Source: Podarcis cretensis (lineage: Eukaryota). From it: a stretch of DNA of 64,000 bases. This document shows positions 38,647 to 50,759 of this stretch, in pieces; the stretch's first letter is position 1; each line of letters starts with the position of its first letter. Location: assembly GCA_951804945.1 (NCBI GenBank), contig OX638157.1:43400001-43464000 (forward strand), written 5' to 3'. The position numbers were made by a program, and so were the translations under genes. Below the pieces are notes generated by a model, which saw only the letters and a list, made by a program, of their open reading frames with translations, had not been told where the DNA came from and did no database searches.

Positions 38647-39718
38647 CAGCTTTGTATTTTTGTTATAAAAAAGTGTGCCTAGACATTCCATTGTTGCACC
38701 CATAACCTAGGCTTAAGGTGCCATTTAGCTTTTAGCTTTCATATCTCAGTTTCTAACACTGCATGTGAGATGTTAGCATCTTAGATGATGGTAAATTTAA
38801 AAACAGCATCCTACTTTTACAAAGAAACTTTCTCCCCAACTCCCTCCACTTGCTGTCTGTTCAACTTTGCTTCATGTGTTTTCACTCAGCTGAAACCCAC
38901 AGGATCCTGGCTCACAGCCATGGATGGGTAACTGAACTTTATTCCAAAATGCTAATATGTGAGAAATTCTGTTTCACAACTAGATGGACTGGAATAAGTC
39001 AAATCGTCAATTAAGAAAGGAAATAAACTCTGATGGATTGCTTTGTTAAAGCTATTTTAATGTTGTTCTTATACAATTCTTAGTATATTTTATTTTTGCA
39101 GTACTACATTGTTTTTATGTTCCTATGCTGTGATTCAAAGTTCAGAGTATCTTTATCTTCCAAATAAAGATAATAATATGCTTTGAAAGAAGCACTGGAC
39201 ACCAATAAGCTGACTGATTCATTTTAGTTCTAGTCTTGAGTCTGTGGTCTTTATTACTGGTTATGTTTAATCCCCATTGAACTGAGTTGCTAATGAGCAA
39301 ATTTTGACCCCTGGTTAAAGGGCCCAATTAACTTTGGTGTGTTGGCCAAGAATTGGCTGATAAACACTAGTGTTTATGGGATCTCCAGATTAACAACAGA
39401 TGGCCATCAGGGGTACTGTAGCTTTCAACTTGGTAGGATCCAGGTGACCTGTGGAGCCTGTAATATATTTACCTGTTCACACAGACTGTTGAGGCTGGGC
39501 TACAATAGCATGCTTGGATGCCCTGCCTACAGAATTAAAAGAGGCTAGAGAGGCCCTTTCCTATTTCCATCTACTGTTAGATTGTTGCAATCTAAATTTA
39601 GAAACTTTTTAATGATAAGAACTACAGGTATGTTTTGAATTTAAAATGCAGAGCTATTTATTGATAAATAAATTTATTTCAAAGTGAGATTTACAAAATA
39701 AGTTATTTGCTGCAATTT

Positions 39719-39837
39719 TAGGGTGGTATTGAGCTAAGTTTTACTCAGATGAAACCCATTGAAATTAATGAACATAACTAAGCTAGGTCCATTAACTTCA
39801 ATGGGTTTGAGTAAAACTTGGTTGAATAGCACCCTTA
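39719..39837. mobile_element. Short palindromic MITE-like element (related copy at about 32783-32890)
   Basis: gggtggtattgagctaagttttactca ... tgagtaaaacttggttgaatagcaccc plus inner cccattgaaattaatg/cattaacttcaatggg; TA flanks. Confidence 0.7.
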
Positions 39838-42800
39838 GCTTTCCCTTGTAGTCGCTCCTTATTTATTTAATATTTTAATTGTTAATACCTCTGTAGATTG
39901 CATAGAATAACTCAATGGGATACCAGTTGGATCTTTTTAATGCCTTTCCACGGTCCAGCAGCTTTGGCCAGGAACTCCCTTTCCCAGCAGATCTGATTAT
40001 ACTGCTTCCACCTCATTTTTCAAACATCACCTGTCGCTTTTTAGAATGCTATGATACCTGCTCATGTCGTCACTTTCTCTTTGTAAAGGCATTGGAGGAT
40101 CTCAAAAAAGCTCTGTTAATGACTTTTTGAGATGTGGTTCATAACATTTATCTTTATGTTTCCCACCGTAAAATATGACTTTATAATACCTGGCCAATAA
40201 GGAATTTTTTACAATAATACATAGAGACAATTGGTTGATCTCAGGATTCCAGGGAGATGATTAATTGGAAACCAGTGAATAATAAATCACAAGAAACAGA
40301 TTACTATACACAAACTCAGATGCAATAATCCAGCACAGAGGTTGGGAGCTGATTAACTCCATTTGATTGTAGCTGAACATGTGCACTTGAATATAAGAAC
40401 TCCTCTAATACCCTAGAAGTAGATGATAGGAGAATTCTATGGTTCCTATGGTTTTTATGTTTGCTTAGCATCTTATATGTTGAAAAATTAATAGGTTCCA
40501 TTTAGCATAGGCAATCAGTTGTATGAAGCAAGTGGTGGTGCCAGTAAAGGGTACAATGACAAGAATGAAGGTCTTTTTAGCCAGTGAGGTCAAGACCCAA
40601 AATTAGACATTTTATTTGACAGCCATAGTCTGACAATCATGCTGTTTACTTTACACGGGTTCTGGTCTTCTTTTGGAAGCTTGGAACAACTTAAATATGG
40701 CTTCCTGTTGTTTTCCAGCCTAGCATCAATCAAACCATACCTGTTTAGCGTCAAAGCAGCTATAGCAACAGGTACTCCTTGATTTCATCGGGCACTTTAG
40801 AAGATTGTTCTGTAAAGTTGGAGTAAGTACAGGAAAAGTTTTAGTCCCTGCTAACTTATTTCACATAGGGCACCAACAATTGATACTAATGCAGTTGTTG
40901 TAATACTTTGTATCTGAAATCATTTTTTATTCTAACAAATCATCTAGATTTGTTGTCTTAAGTTGCCTATTTCCAGATATATTATGAATCTTGAATGTGT
41001 GTGTGCGTGCATGCGCGCGCACACACACCTGACTTGTAACTTAGTTTTTCCTTGACCCATGAAGTTGTCGTTGGAAATTACCCTTATTTCTGTAACATAT
41101 GAACAAAAACTATGAAATAATACTTATTATGTAAATGAGCAGTTTAGTTAGTGTGTCCACTGATCTTTATGGGTAGCATATTTCCCCACAGTTTGTTTGT
41201 AGAGCAGATGTGGAAGGGTATATATGTGGAATTATAGTGACTACTCCATGCTGTCTAAAACTATACAAACATAAAGCATTAATTAGTTACATTCCAGTGT
41301 AAACTGTCTGTTAGATTTAACACTATGTTGGGCATGTCCTTGTGCATCATGTCTATAAATGAAATCAATAGAAATCAGTTCATTATTCTGTAATTAGGTA
41401 TATTGACTGCCGCCCTGTAAATCACTGAACCATACAACTAATATTTCCTCCAATGTTTCACTTGGTTAGGAAAGAAAATGAATTGCCTTGAAATAAGAAG
41501 TGTATAAGACGAATAACTGCAAACCTTGTTTTTAACCTAGATTTTATTGTTCAACTGGCAGTGTTCGATTATTCCAGAAATTAATAGGGAAGCATTATGT
41601 GATTATTTTGGTCACATGTGCTTAGGCTTCCTTACAGGCTGATCTATAGTTAGGACAGGAGTAACTAATGAGGTGTCCTCATATGTTGTTTTTATGAAGT
41701 CAGAGAGCTGACATCATGCTGGTACGATTGAAGGAAATTCCAAACATACAGTTCAGCAAGGAGAGGAGGTTGCCACTGAAGGAGCAGGAGATCTTTGGAT
41801 GTTGGTGGAGCTTGAGAGAATATCATGGGGAGGGATGTATTGGAATATTAGAAATGTGAGATATGGGAGGCAAGGCTATGAAGGGAACTTGAAGGTAAGG
41901 ATAGACAGAATGCCAGTGTAGCTATTTGAGGGGAAAACATTTTGGTAGCAAGAGTGCTGAATGCGTGTTGGCATTTCTGTGTGAACAACTTTGAGACAGG
42001 TCACTGTGTTGGTCTATAGGAGCAGAAAGAAAAAAGAGGCTGCAAAACCAATAAAGACCAGTATGCTTTTATGACAGTGTACTTTTGTGGGCTGCAGTCC
42101 ACTTCAATTGATACATGGCTTTGTTGATTTCGCTTATAAGAGATAACTCCCAGCCTTTGTATATCTTTGAATGTGGTAATATTATTTCCTGAGTAAAGAG
42201 GTATTGGATAACACTCCCTCACACCTGGAAGAACAAGAAAATATAATATTATTATTATTACTACAGTTTTAATTACAGTATTGTTATGACAACCTTGTGC
42301 CTAATGTTGCTTACTGTAGTACATTGTGCAAAGCCTTTGTATTATTACTTGGTCTGTAATTTTATTTCATTTCTTCTTTCCCTCTGTTTTAAAATCTGCC
42401 CCTCCCTCTTTTTTGCATTTCTAGTTGTATTCTTGAGAGGATGTAATTATAAAATAAAAATAAAAATAAATTATAGAAGATTTTTTAAAAAACAGATGCA
42501 TGAAGTGTTAATCATCACTTGTCAGGATTTATAGGGCGACGGTATTGACACTATGTTAAGTGTGAGCCAGCTATATTGAATCTTGCCATTATAATGATAA
42601 TTTTTTGGGGGGAGGAAAGACAGTACAGTTAGAAAATAGTTCAATGGATTGATTTGAAACTTGGCATCATGGGAAAGGTAAGCTTGAGGATGGTTCATGC
42701 TGATTCGGGGATAGAAAGGATAAGAAACTGTTCTGATTTTGTTAACCACTTGACTTTTGATGCTCAAAAGTTGGCAAGATATGTGTGTTTTTCTTCTACA

Positions 42801-43891
42801 GACTTTGCTGGGGTTGTTTAGGGGAAAATATATCTGTACTGTGACTTTGGGGAAATAGTTTGTTGTGTTAGGTCAAGAGGAATGTCTAGTAAGTGTCATT
42901 ATTACCCATGAGTTGCATAAAATATTTGTAATCTTTGCTTAAAATGCGTTTTTATGGCTAATGTTAGGCAACAGGAATTCAGAAGGGTGTCCCTTCACAT
43001 ACTCATTACTAAACTGTTTTGAGAGAAGCCTGGGAGTTTAATAGATTGCTGAGTGAGAGTAACAGGCAAAGAGAGTTTGTTGGGAAATGGACTGGGGGTG
43101 GATGGGTGAAGTACATTTGTTAATTTTCTTTATTCAGTTTATATCCCAGCTTTACTCCAGTGATCTCAATGAGGCATACATTATTTTCTCCCTCACCATG
43201 TTATCCTCACAATACAAAGGATTCTAGTGATGTAACTGGGCACGGCACCCCAAAATAAAATGGTTAGCAGCAAAGGCAGATTGAAAAAAATGGCCTGCAC
43301 AACGAAGTCCAATATTGTATCATATTATAGGGGGTAATGTGGCTGCGAATGTGTGAGTTGCCTCCACTCTGCAAAGTAGCTCAGTGTTACAATCATATTG
43401 CTGGAAAGGGCATGAGAGGGAATAGTGTATGACAACCCTGTGGTATAGTCAAGATTCCAGAACAGTACACTTTAAAAATGTATTTATGTTGGCTTTGTAG
43501 AATTGAAACAATATAGAAAATCTATTTTAATAATTTACCATAGGACCTTGAAATGCCTTTGTCTTTGGACTTTGTTAATCTGGGTCAGCCATAGTTATGA
43601 TTCTTTATAAGGTCACTCAGAAATGATGACTAACAGAGCATTTCAATGGCCCTTTCATACTTTCCTTAAGTAAGATACCCAGTTATTCCTTACAATTTCC
43701 TATTGAAATACTGATGAGCTTTAACTTTGAGAAATTGCTGCTTTAGAATGGGTCAGAATTTGTTTTCCTAAATATTTAATCACAATCACTTTAGAATTGT
43801 AACTTACTATTCTACTTTTTGGTGGAATAAAACTATGATTGTCACTATAGTTCACAGTTACTGTACTTAACTGTGAACTATAGTGACAATC

Positions 43892-44249
43892 GGGACGCAG
43901 GTGGCGCTGTGGGTTAAAGCCTCAGCGTCTAGGACTTGCCGATCGAAAGGTCGGCGGTTCGAATCCCTGCGGCGGGGTGCGCTCCCGCTGCTCGGTCCCA
44001 GCGCCTGCCAACCTAGCAGTTCGAAAGCACCTCCGGGTGCAAGTAGATAAATAGGGACCGCTTACCAGCGGGAAGGTAAACGGCGTTTCCGTGTGCGGCT
44101 CTGGCTCGCCAGAGCAGCGATGTCACGCTGGCCACGTGACCCGGAAGTGTCTCCGGACAGCGCTGGCCCCTGGCCTCTTAAGTGAGATGGGCGCACAACC
44201 CCAGAGTCTGTCAAGACTGGCCCTTACGGGCAGGGGTACCTTTACCTTT
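43892..44249 (+). mobile_element. Full-length young Sauria SINE
   Basis: gggacgcaggtggcgctgtgg head, ggttcgaatccc B box, acctttaccttt tail; 13-bp TSD tatagtgacaatc (43879-43891, 44250-44262). Confidence 0.94.
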
Positions 44250-46835
44250 TATAGTGACAATCATGAATTCACATTTCTGCATCCATATTCTCTAGGCTAC
44301 TTTTAACAAACACTACTGTATTCTGTTATTTTCCCCATTTGCCCCACCCCATAAATGACTCTTAGATAATACTCTTCATCAGTATGCTAGTTTTAATTAG
44401 TACAAAATGGTGCTTCCTAGATCAGTGTTTAACAGCATGGTGTAATTCTGCTTTAGTTTTTGGAATCTGGCTTTGATACAAAAGAGCAGTCCTGAATACC
44501 AGAAAAAGAAGAACATTTGTAGAGCAAAAGAAGAACATTTGTAGAGCAACATTTGTAGCCTTTTTTGAGGGTAGGGCTAATTCCACCTTTGCCAACTTTC
44601 TGGGGCCTACAAACCAACTGGAGGTGTGGCCACCCTGCGCATGCGTGCGTGCGTGCGTGCGTGCACACACACACACACGAATCATAACTCTAGATTGTAG
44701 TATTCTCTATACATGGTGACGGTATTCTGTAAACGTTTTGACCTGTGAAGCCTTATTCTCTCTCTCTCTCTGGGTGTGTACGCCAAACCATGGCTTTGTG
44801 TGTTCAGCCTCCCAAAGAGGAGATTGTAGCTAATTTGCTCCTCATCTGGTCCTGCTGCACTGCTGTGAATTTATCAAGTGTGTTCATTTAAACCATGGCT
44901 TGTGGTTTGTTTTCTCCAGACAAGCAACGAGTTATAAACCAAGAACAAACCTTGTTTGCAGCATGAAGCCAAGCCATGAATTAATTTGCTGCAGTGCAGC
45001 AGGGCCAAAGCAAGACCAAAATGGCCATAATCTTCTCTTGAGGAACCCACATGTTTGCACTTAGCCATGGTTTGTCTTAGGTCTACATATGAGCAGTTCA
45101 AGGAGTGGGGGTTTTATGCACTTAGTTTAATATGCAGATATTTAGAGTTGTATCCAACTAAATTATTGTGTATGTGTGGAATGACTTCTGCAAAGGCAAC
45201 ATAATTTTCCATTCCTTTTCACTTACCGCCTGTACCCAGCGCTACCCCAAAATCTGCTCTGGGGGCATGTTTGAGGGGGCAGGGTGAGTAGGAGAAGGGA
45301 AGTTCCATTGTACTAATAGATGTTATTTTGTATGTGCAATGATTTAGTTAAACAATATAATAAGATTCTTAAGTGAAAAACTAGGCAGGGTAGATTAGGT
45401 TTAGAGTTGTGCAAGATTGTATAAGTGTTCTTATTAGGTGATGTAGGGACATGTTGCTCTCTACAGTGGAAATGGTGATCTTATGTAGACTCTGCATTTC
45501 GAAAGTAAAATCTAGTAGTGGGGAAGTGCTTTGGAATGATCTTATTACTGTGCTTAGCTGACAAGTAGTAGCTTCTTCCGTAACCTCCCACTGTCAATAT
45601 CAGCTGAATGATTTCAGGCACAGCTGTGGAAATATTTAAAGAGGACTGTGTGGCTCTTTGGAGCCATGCTTTTCAGTAGTGTCTTGTAACTTCTTTAAAA
45701 GCTGTAGTTTGGGTAGAGGGCAACCAGATAGAGACTAATCTAGCTGAGCTCCATCTTCTGCTGGTTCATTTCCTATAGGGGAACTGGAAACAAAGAAAGT
45801 AGCTAGAGCAGATAGCAAAGGCAGGTTTATTATTCCTGTCCCATGCACTCCCCTATCCACTTTCATTCTAATTGAATGAGAGGGTCTGGAGTGTGGTAAG
45901 GATGTCTAAAGCTTGGGAAACTACCTCCAAATTCTTATTAAGTATGCATGCATCACAGGGGTCTGTATCTTTTGGTTCCTCTGGAAATTTGTGAACTATG
46001 GGAGAAGCATAAAATGAATGGTGACTGTAGTTGACCAACATAGGTTCTGAATGAACAATTAAGGGTTAGAGAGATAAATAATTTTACTATTTATTTGTTA
46101 CTTCAGATTACTGCTTAGAAAAAAATAGTACAACCCCCCCAAAAAAGTATTTTATGTTGTCAACCAACCTGTGTTTAAACAACAACAACATAGCAGTTGA
46201 GAGGTTATGCTAGCCATGAGCATCATGTTTTTTTTAAAAAAAACCAGACTATAGAAATTTCAGAGCTTTCTTTGTTTAACACAATTTCAGTCGCTTACGT
46301 GTTGCATGATACATAGCTATAGTTTTGTATTTCTGCCTCACAAATTAAGTTATATTTTCCTACTTCTCATTAGTTTCTAAAAACTGAATCAAACAAGTTT
46401 GAAACATATTCCAATATTTAAGCATTGCCCCCTCAACCCTACTTGGCACAAGTATTTGTGCATTAACAGGTGTTCATCTCACAAAAGCCAGTGACTGCCA
46501 TCCTAAACATAGTCATGGTAACTCCCACTGATTCCTTTGAGACCGTTCACATGATTCCAGTGGGAATCATGAGTAAATGCTCACTAAAGGGTTTGTTCTT
46601 AGCAAGTCATATTCCATTCTTACATTTACAGCAACAGCCATAGTAATGTCAATGTTTGTCACATATTTACAAAGCATACATTTGAAACACCCTCTCAACC
46701 CTTCTGTCCTTAAGGATTTGCTTAATGAATTTTGTATGGTTTTAGTACTGACGAGTACTGTTAATCATTCAAATGTTTATGAAGTGAATGTCTAGGTACA
46801 CAATTTAATTATGCCTTTTCTGTTTCTGTCTACAG

Positions 46836-46967
46836 CTTCCTGCAGATTTCACAAAACTGCACCTTACTGACAGTCTCCACCCACAGGTGACCCACGTTTC
46901 ATCTAGTCATTCAGGATGTAGTATCACTAGCGACTCTGGAAGCAGCAGCCTGTCTGATATCTACCAG
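46836..46967 (+). CDS. RAPGEF2: RAPGEF2 common exon [44 protein letters not shown]
   Basis: Acceptor ttttctgtttctgtctacag|, donor cag|gtatga; 132 nt, phase 0/0. Not in the ORF track. Confidence 0.96.
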
Positions 46968-47794
46968 GTATGATAGTGAACAGTTGTAATTGAGCTAAGT
47001 CAGTATTGTAAAAATGGCAACCGGCAAAATGACTACATGAAGATTGGGAGAATTTGGTTAAATTGTAGTGGTTAGTTTCATAGTCTACAGAATCTTATAC
47101 CCACGCCCACCCATCTCCTTTCCCTATTCTGTGTTCATGTATTTTTTTTTTTTTTTAAGAAAACGGATTCATTTGCAAATGCCAGTTAGAACCTTTGGAG
47201 GCAAATGCCACTTTATAGCCCTACTGATTGAGATACACACTTTCCTACATGCTTAATGGACAAAGACCTTGTTTACTCTGGGTAATTAGTAATTTGGTAG
47301 AAATCTCGATAATATGAAGATAATGATGGGAACATCATGCTTTGTTATTTCAGTGCAGTCATAGCAATTTCACAATGGGTTGCTATCCATTTAAGTGGAA
47401 GGCAAATTATCCAGATCTCATAAATAAAACTTGTTTCTTACAAAAGGGTCTTTACTTTTGAACAGCGCAATCAGTTTGCTCATGCATGCACATGAAATAG
47501 CTAACCTTCTACAAGTGACATCTTACTATTTGTTCCACTTTTTTTTGTTGGCTGGTTTATTTAACATATCAAGTGCCCTTCAACCAAATAGTTCCCAGTG
47601 CAGTTTATAACACAAAATCAGGGCAAGAGCGGACATGAAATAAACAAATAAACAAATAAATGATTAGAAACAGTATGTTAAAATAATTAAAACTCAGATT
47701 AGAAAGTGAAGTAGAACAGGAAGAGCCTAGACTGGGACTAAACATGTTTCAATGTAAGCACATTACACACAGCTTGAGAAGGGTTGTGCTAGTG

Positions 47795-47942
47795 ATCCTA
47801 GGTTCAATCCCGGGCATTCCTTATACAGCTGGGGAAGACTCCTGTATGAATCTCTGGACAGCCACTGCCAATCAGCATAGACAGTAGTGAGCTAGATGGA
47901 CTAATGGTCTGAGCCGGTATAAGGCAGCTTCCTATGTTTCTA
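47795..47942 (+). mobile_element. Old tRNA-derived squamate SINE remnant
   Basis: ggttcaatccc B-box-like motif and 3' gagctagatggactaatggtctga...taaggcagcttcctatg end. Confidence 0.55.
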
Positions 47943-50759
47943 GTATGTAAGGTAATGGGAAATAATTAGTAGATTTAGGGATATGGTTCATAATACTTTC
48001 AGAGTCCAAAACATTGTCACGAAGAACAAAGTAAACAGCTGTTGGTGATGGTGGTGGGGCATTTCTGCAAGTTCATTCTATGATTATGTCTTAAATTGTA
48101 TATTAAGAAATGCCTAAGGGAAAAAAAGTTTGAATTCAGAATAAGTGTAGGATGTAATTACTAAAGGTTGGGATTGATTGTCCCACAATAAAACAAATAT
48201 TGTGAGAAGGTAAGGGTCAGATTATAGATACGTAGTCTGCAGCTCAGTTTGATCCTTCTGCTTTTGTATTGATTGGAATACAAAGATGTGATCTTGAATG
48301 GTAATGATGATTGTGTTAAGATTGTTTGCTCTAGTCTTACAGAAGAACTATAATGTAGAGCAGGGGTATGGAACTGCCAGCCCCTAGACCACTTAAGGGG
48401 TTCCATATTTCCCAAGCTACACCCACCCATCAGCTGCTGATGTTGCTGGTGGTACCAACTGTTGGGCAAGAGGACAGGGTTTAGAACACCTTCCCTTCTT
48501 ATTTAAGGACGAGGGGGAGAGGGTACCACTGCTGTCTTCCTCTTGCTGAAAGAAGCAGAGCAAAATGCTGTTTAAAACAGCTCTTTAAAGAATGGGAGAG
48601 ACTGGGTCAAACGACACTTTGCCGCTTTAAGCCAGCCCTCATCCTTTAGACAGAGGCAGGTGGCTGGTTCTAACAGCACTTTGCCGCTTTAAGCCATTTC
48701 AGGGGCTGGAGAGACAGATGCTGGTATTTTACAAGCAATGTGTCTTCAAGAGAACCCCTTTTCACAGTGGAATTAAAAAACAGGGTTTTCCCTGCTGTTT
48801 CTTTGAAACAGGCATCTCTTGAGTTTAATGGTGCTTGTAAAATAGGCTTCTTCCTCCCCCCTGCTTCCCCACACCAGATGAGGAAAACCTGTGTTCGGGT
48901 CTTGCAAAGCGGCTTTCCCCTCCTCATGGTAGGCAGAGAGAGTGATGCTGGTACTTCCTGAAGCTCAAGTGAAGCCCCTGCAAAATCTGAAAAAGCAGGG
49001 TTTCCCTCCTCTGCCTTTGCAGATCTGCACCTAGACATATTGTGCCTGTGGGGTGCTTCAAGCAATCTGTAGGTTAGTTTAAAGTTTTGGAAATCATTGG
49101 GCCAGTTTGCCGGTCAACTCCCTTGAACTGATAATTGTCAAGTGGTAAGTTTGGTGTCCAGTGAACAATATGTTCTAAATCAGATCAAACCTTCCCTATA
49201 CTAGCTAACTCCCAGCAATAGGAAACTAGCCCAAATAGAGTGTGAAGCAAATGGGATTCCTGGAAGCAAAACACTGTATTTTTAGGGCCAATGTGTTTTT
49301 TACTGGTGAACCTTAAAATGAATCAAATAATTAGTGCATATCACATCCTTTGGGATCACCTGTCCTAGTTGCTTACTGGAAAACGCAGACAAAGGCACAT
49401 TAGCCAAATGCTGCCTTCCAGTTTCACACACAAAAAACCCTGTGAAAAGATGCACCCCTCCCCCATTCTCAGGACACTTTTGCATTTTTTTTGAAATTTT
49501 TGGTGAGCACAGGGTTTAGAATTTACTTTATTGCTGCAAGGTGTCCATGGGTTGGGTGTACATTTCTCTATACTTTAAATATTTATTAGCACTCCACAGT
49601 CTCTCTGTCTGCCTGGGATTTTTGATCCATAGGAGGAATTACCTCACAACATTTTCTACTGAACTTTAAATGAAGTGGGGGGGGGGGGGAGGGAGGCTGG
49701 ATACTGAATTCCTGAGCATGGTGCACTTGCTAATTTTGCTTTTTAATGGAAGTCCTTCCTTTTACCTTTTAATGTCTCTCAACACTGATTTATTTAAAAG
49801 TAAAAGGCCTTCACTTAAAACCATAACAATGAGCAGTTGTCAGGTACACAGCTGAGTCCAGCTGAGAATTTAAGGAGTTTCCAGAAAAGGAAAACACACA
49901 GGAAGGTTGAAGAATGGCAGACAGAGTACCAGCAAGATGATTTGTAGAATGATTGAAAGAACATTAAGAAACGTTCCTTGGCCAACTTAAAAGTAACAAC
50001 AAAATTGTGCACCTATCCATGAGAAGTTCTCCACTTTCTCACTTCTTTGATACTTTTTTATTAAAAATAATAATAAGTAATTCAAAGAGCAGCTTAATTT
50101 TCACTGGGGTTTTGAAGGTGGAATAACGAAAAACAAAGCAAAAGATAGCCTTTGGCCGAACTAAATCCAGAAGATAAAATCATTGTAAGTGATAGACTAA
50201 GCAAACATATATTGATTCAACAATATTAATATAATGGCTTCAGTCTTTGGCTGTATCATGTGGCTATTACAATATAGCACTGATTATCCAAGATATTCAG
50301 TCTAGATGATAACTCAGGGAACTAGTGCAATCTCATGACTTATTTATATCCTATTGTCCCCAAAATCAAGGGGGTACCTAGTGTTTTCCTTGTTTCCAAC
50401 AGGTCTGTGGCTTAACCTGTTTCCTTTAGGGACTCCCTCCATCTGGATGACCTTATTAAGCATTGAATTACAACAGAATTGAGCAGCCAGGCATTTGCTT
50501 AGTCTTGCTCTTCTGATGCAGTGAACCGTCCAAAATAATAAACCAAATCAAAAAGCTGAACCAAGAAGGGAATACACAATCTTGAGATATAAAGAAAGTT
50601 ACATTGTTCAGTACATTTACATTTGGAGGCTTCTTGCAGAATAAGTGATCCTGAGTACAGTATCTTCATCCCATTAGGGTTTTACTAACAGATATTGGTC
50701 TTGTGTCATCTCAAAGTCTTTTCTTCATACTCAGTAGATTGGTTCATGTGCCCCTTATT

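Noticed and set aside
43892-43970. tRNA gene (A and B boxes present)
   Set aside because: It is the tRNA-derived head of a SINE, continuous with the SINE body, tail and TSD.
44503-44558. Short tandem duplications (also about 22993-23028 and 48615-48696)
   Set aside because: Ordinary local slippage or repair duplications with no sign of function.
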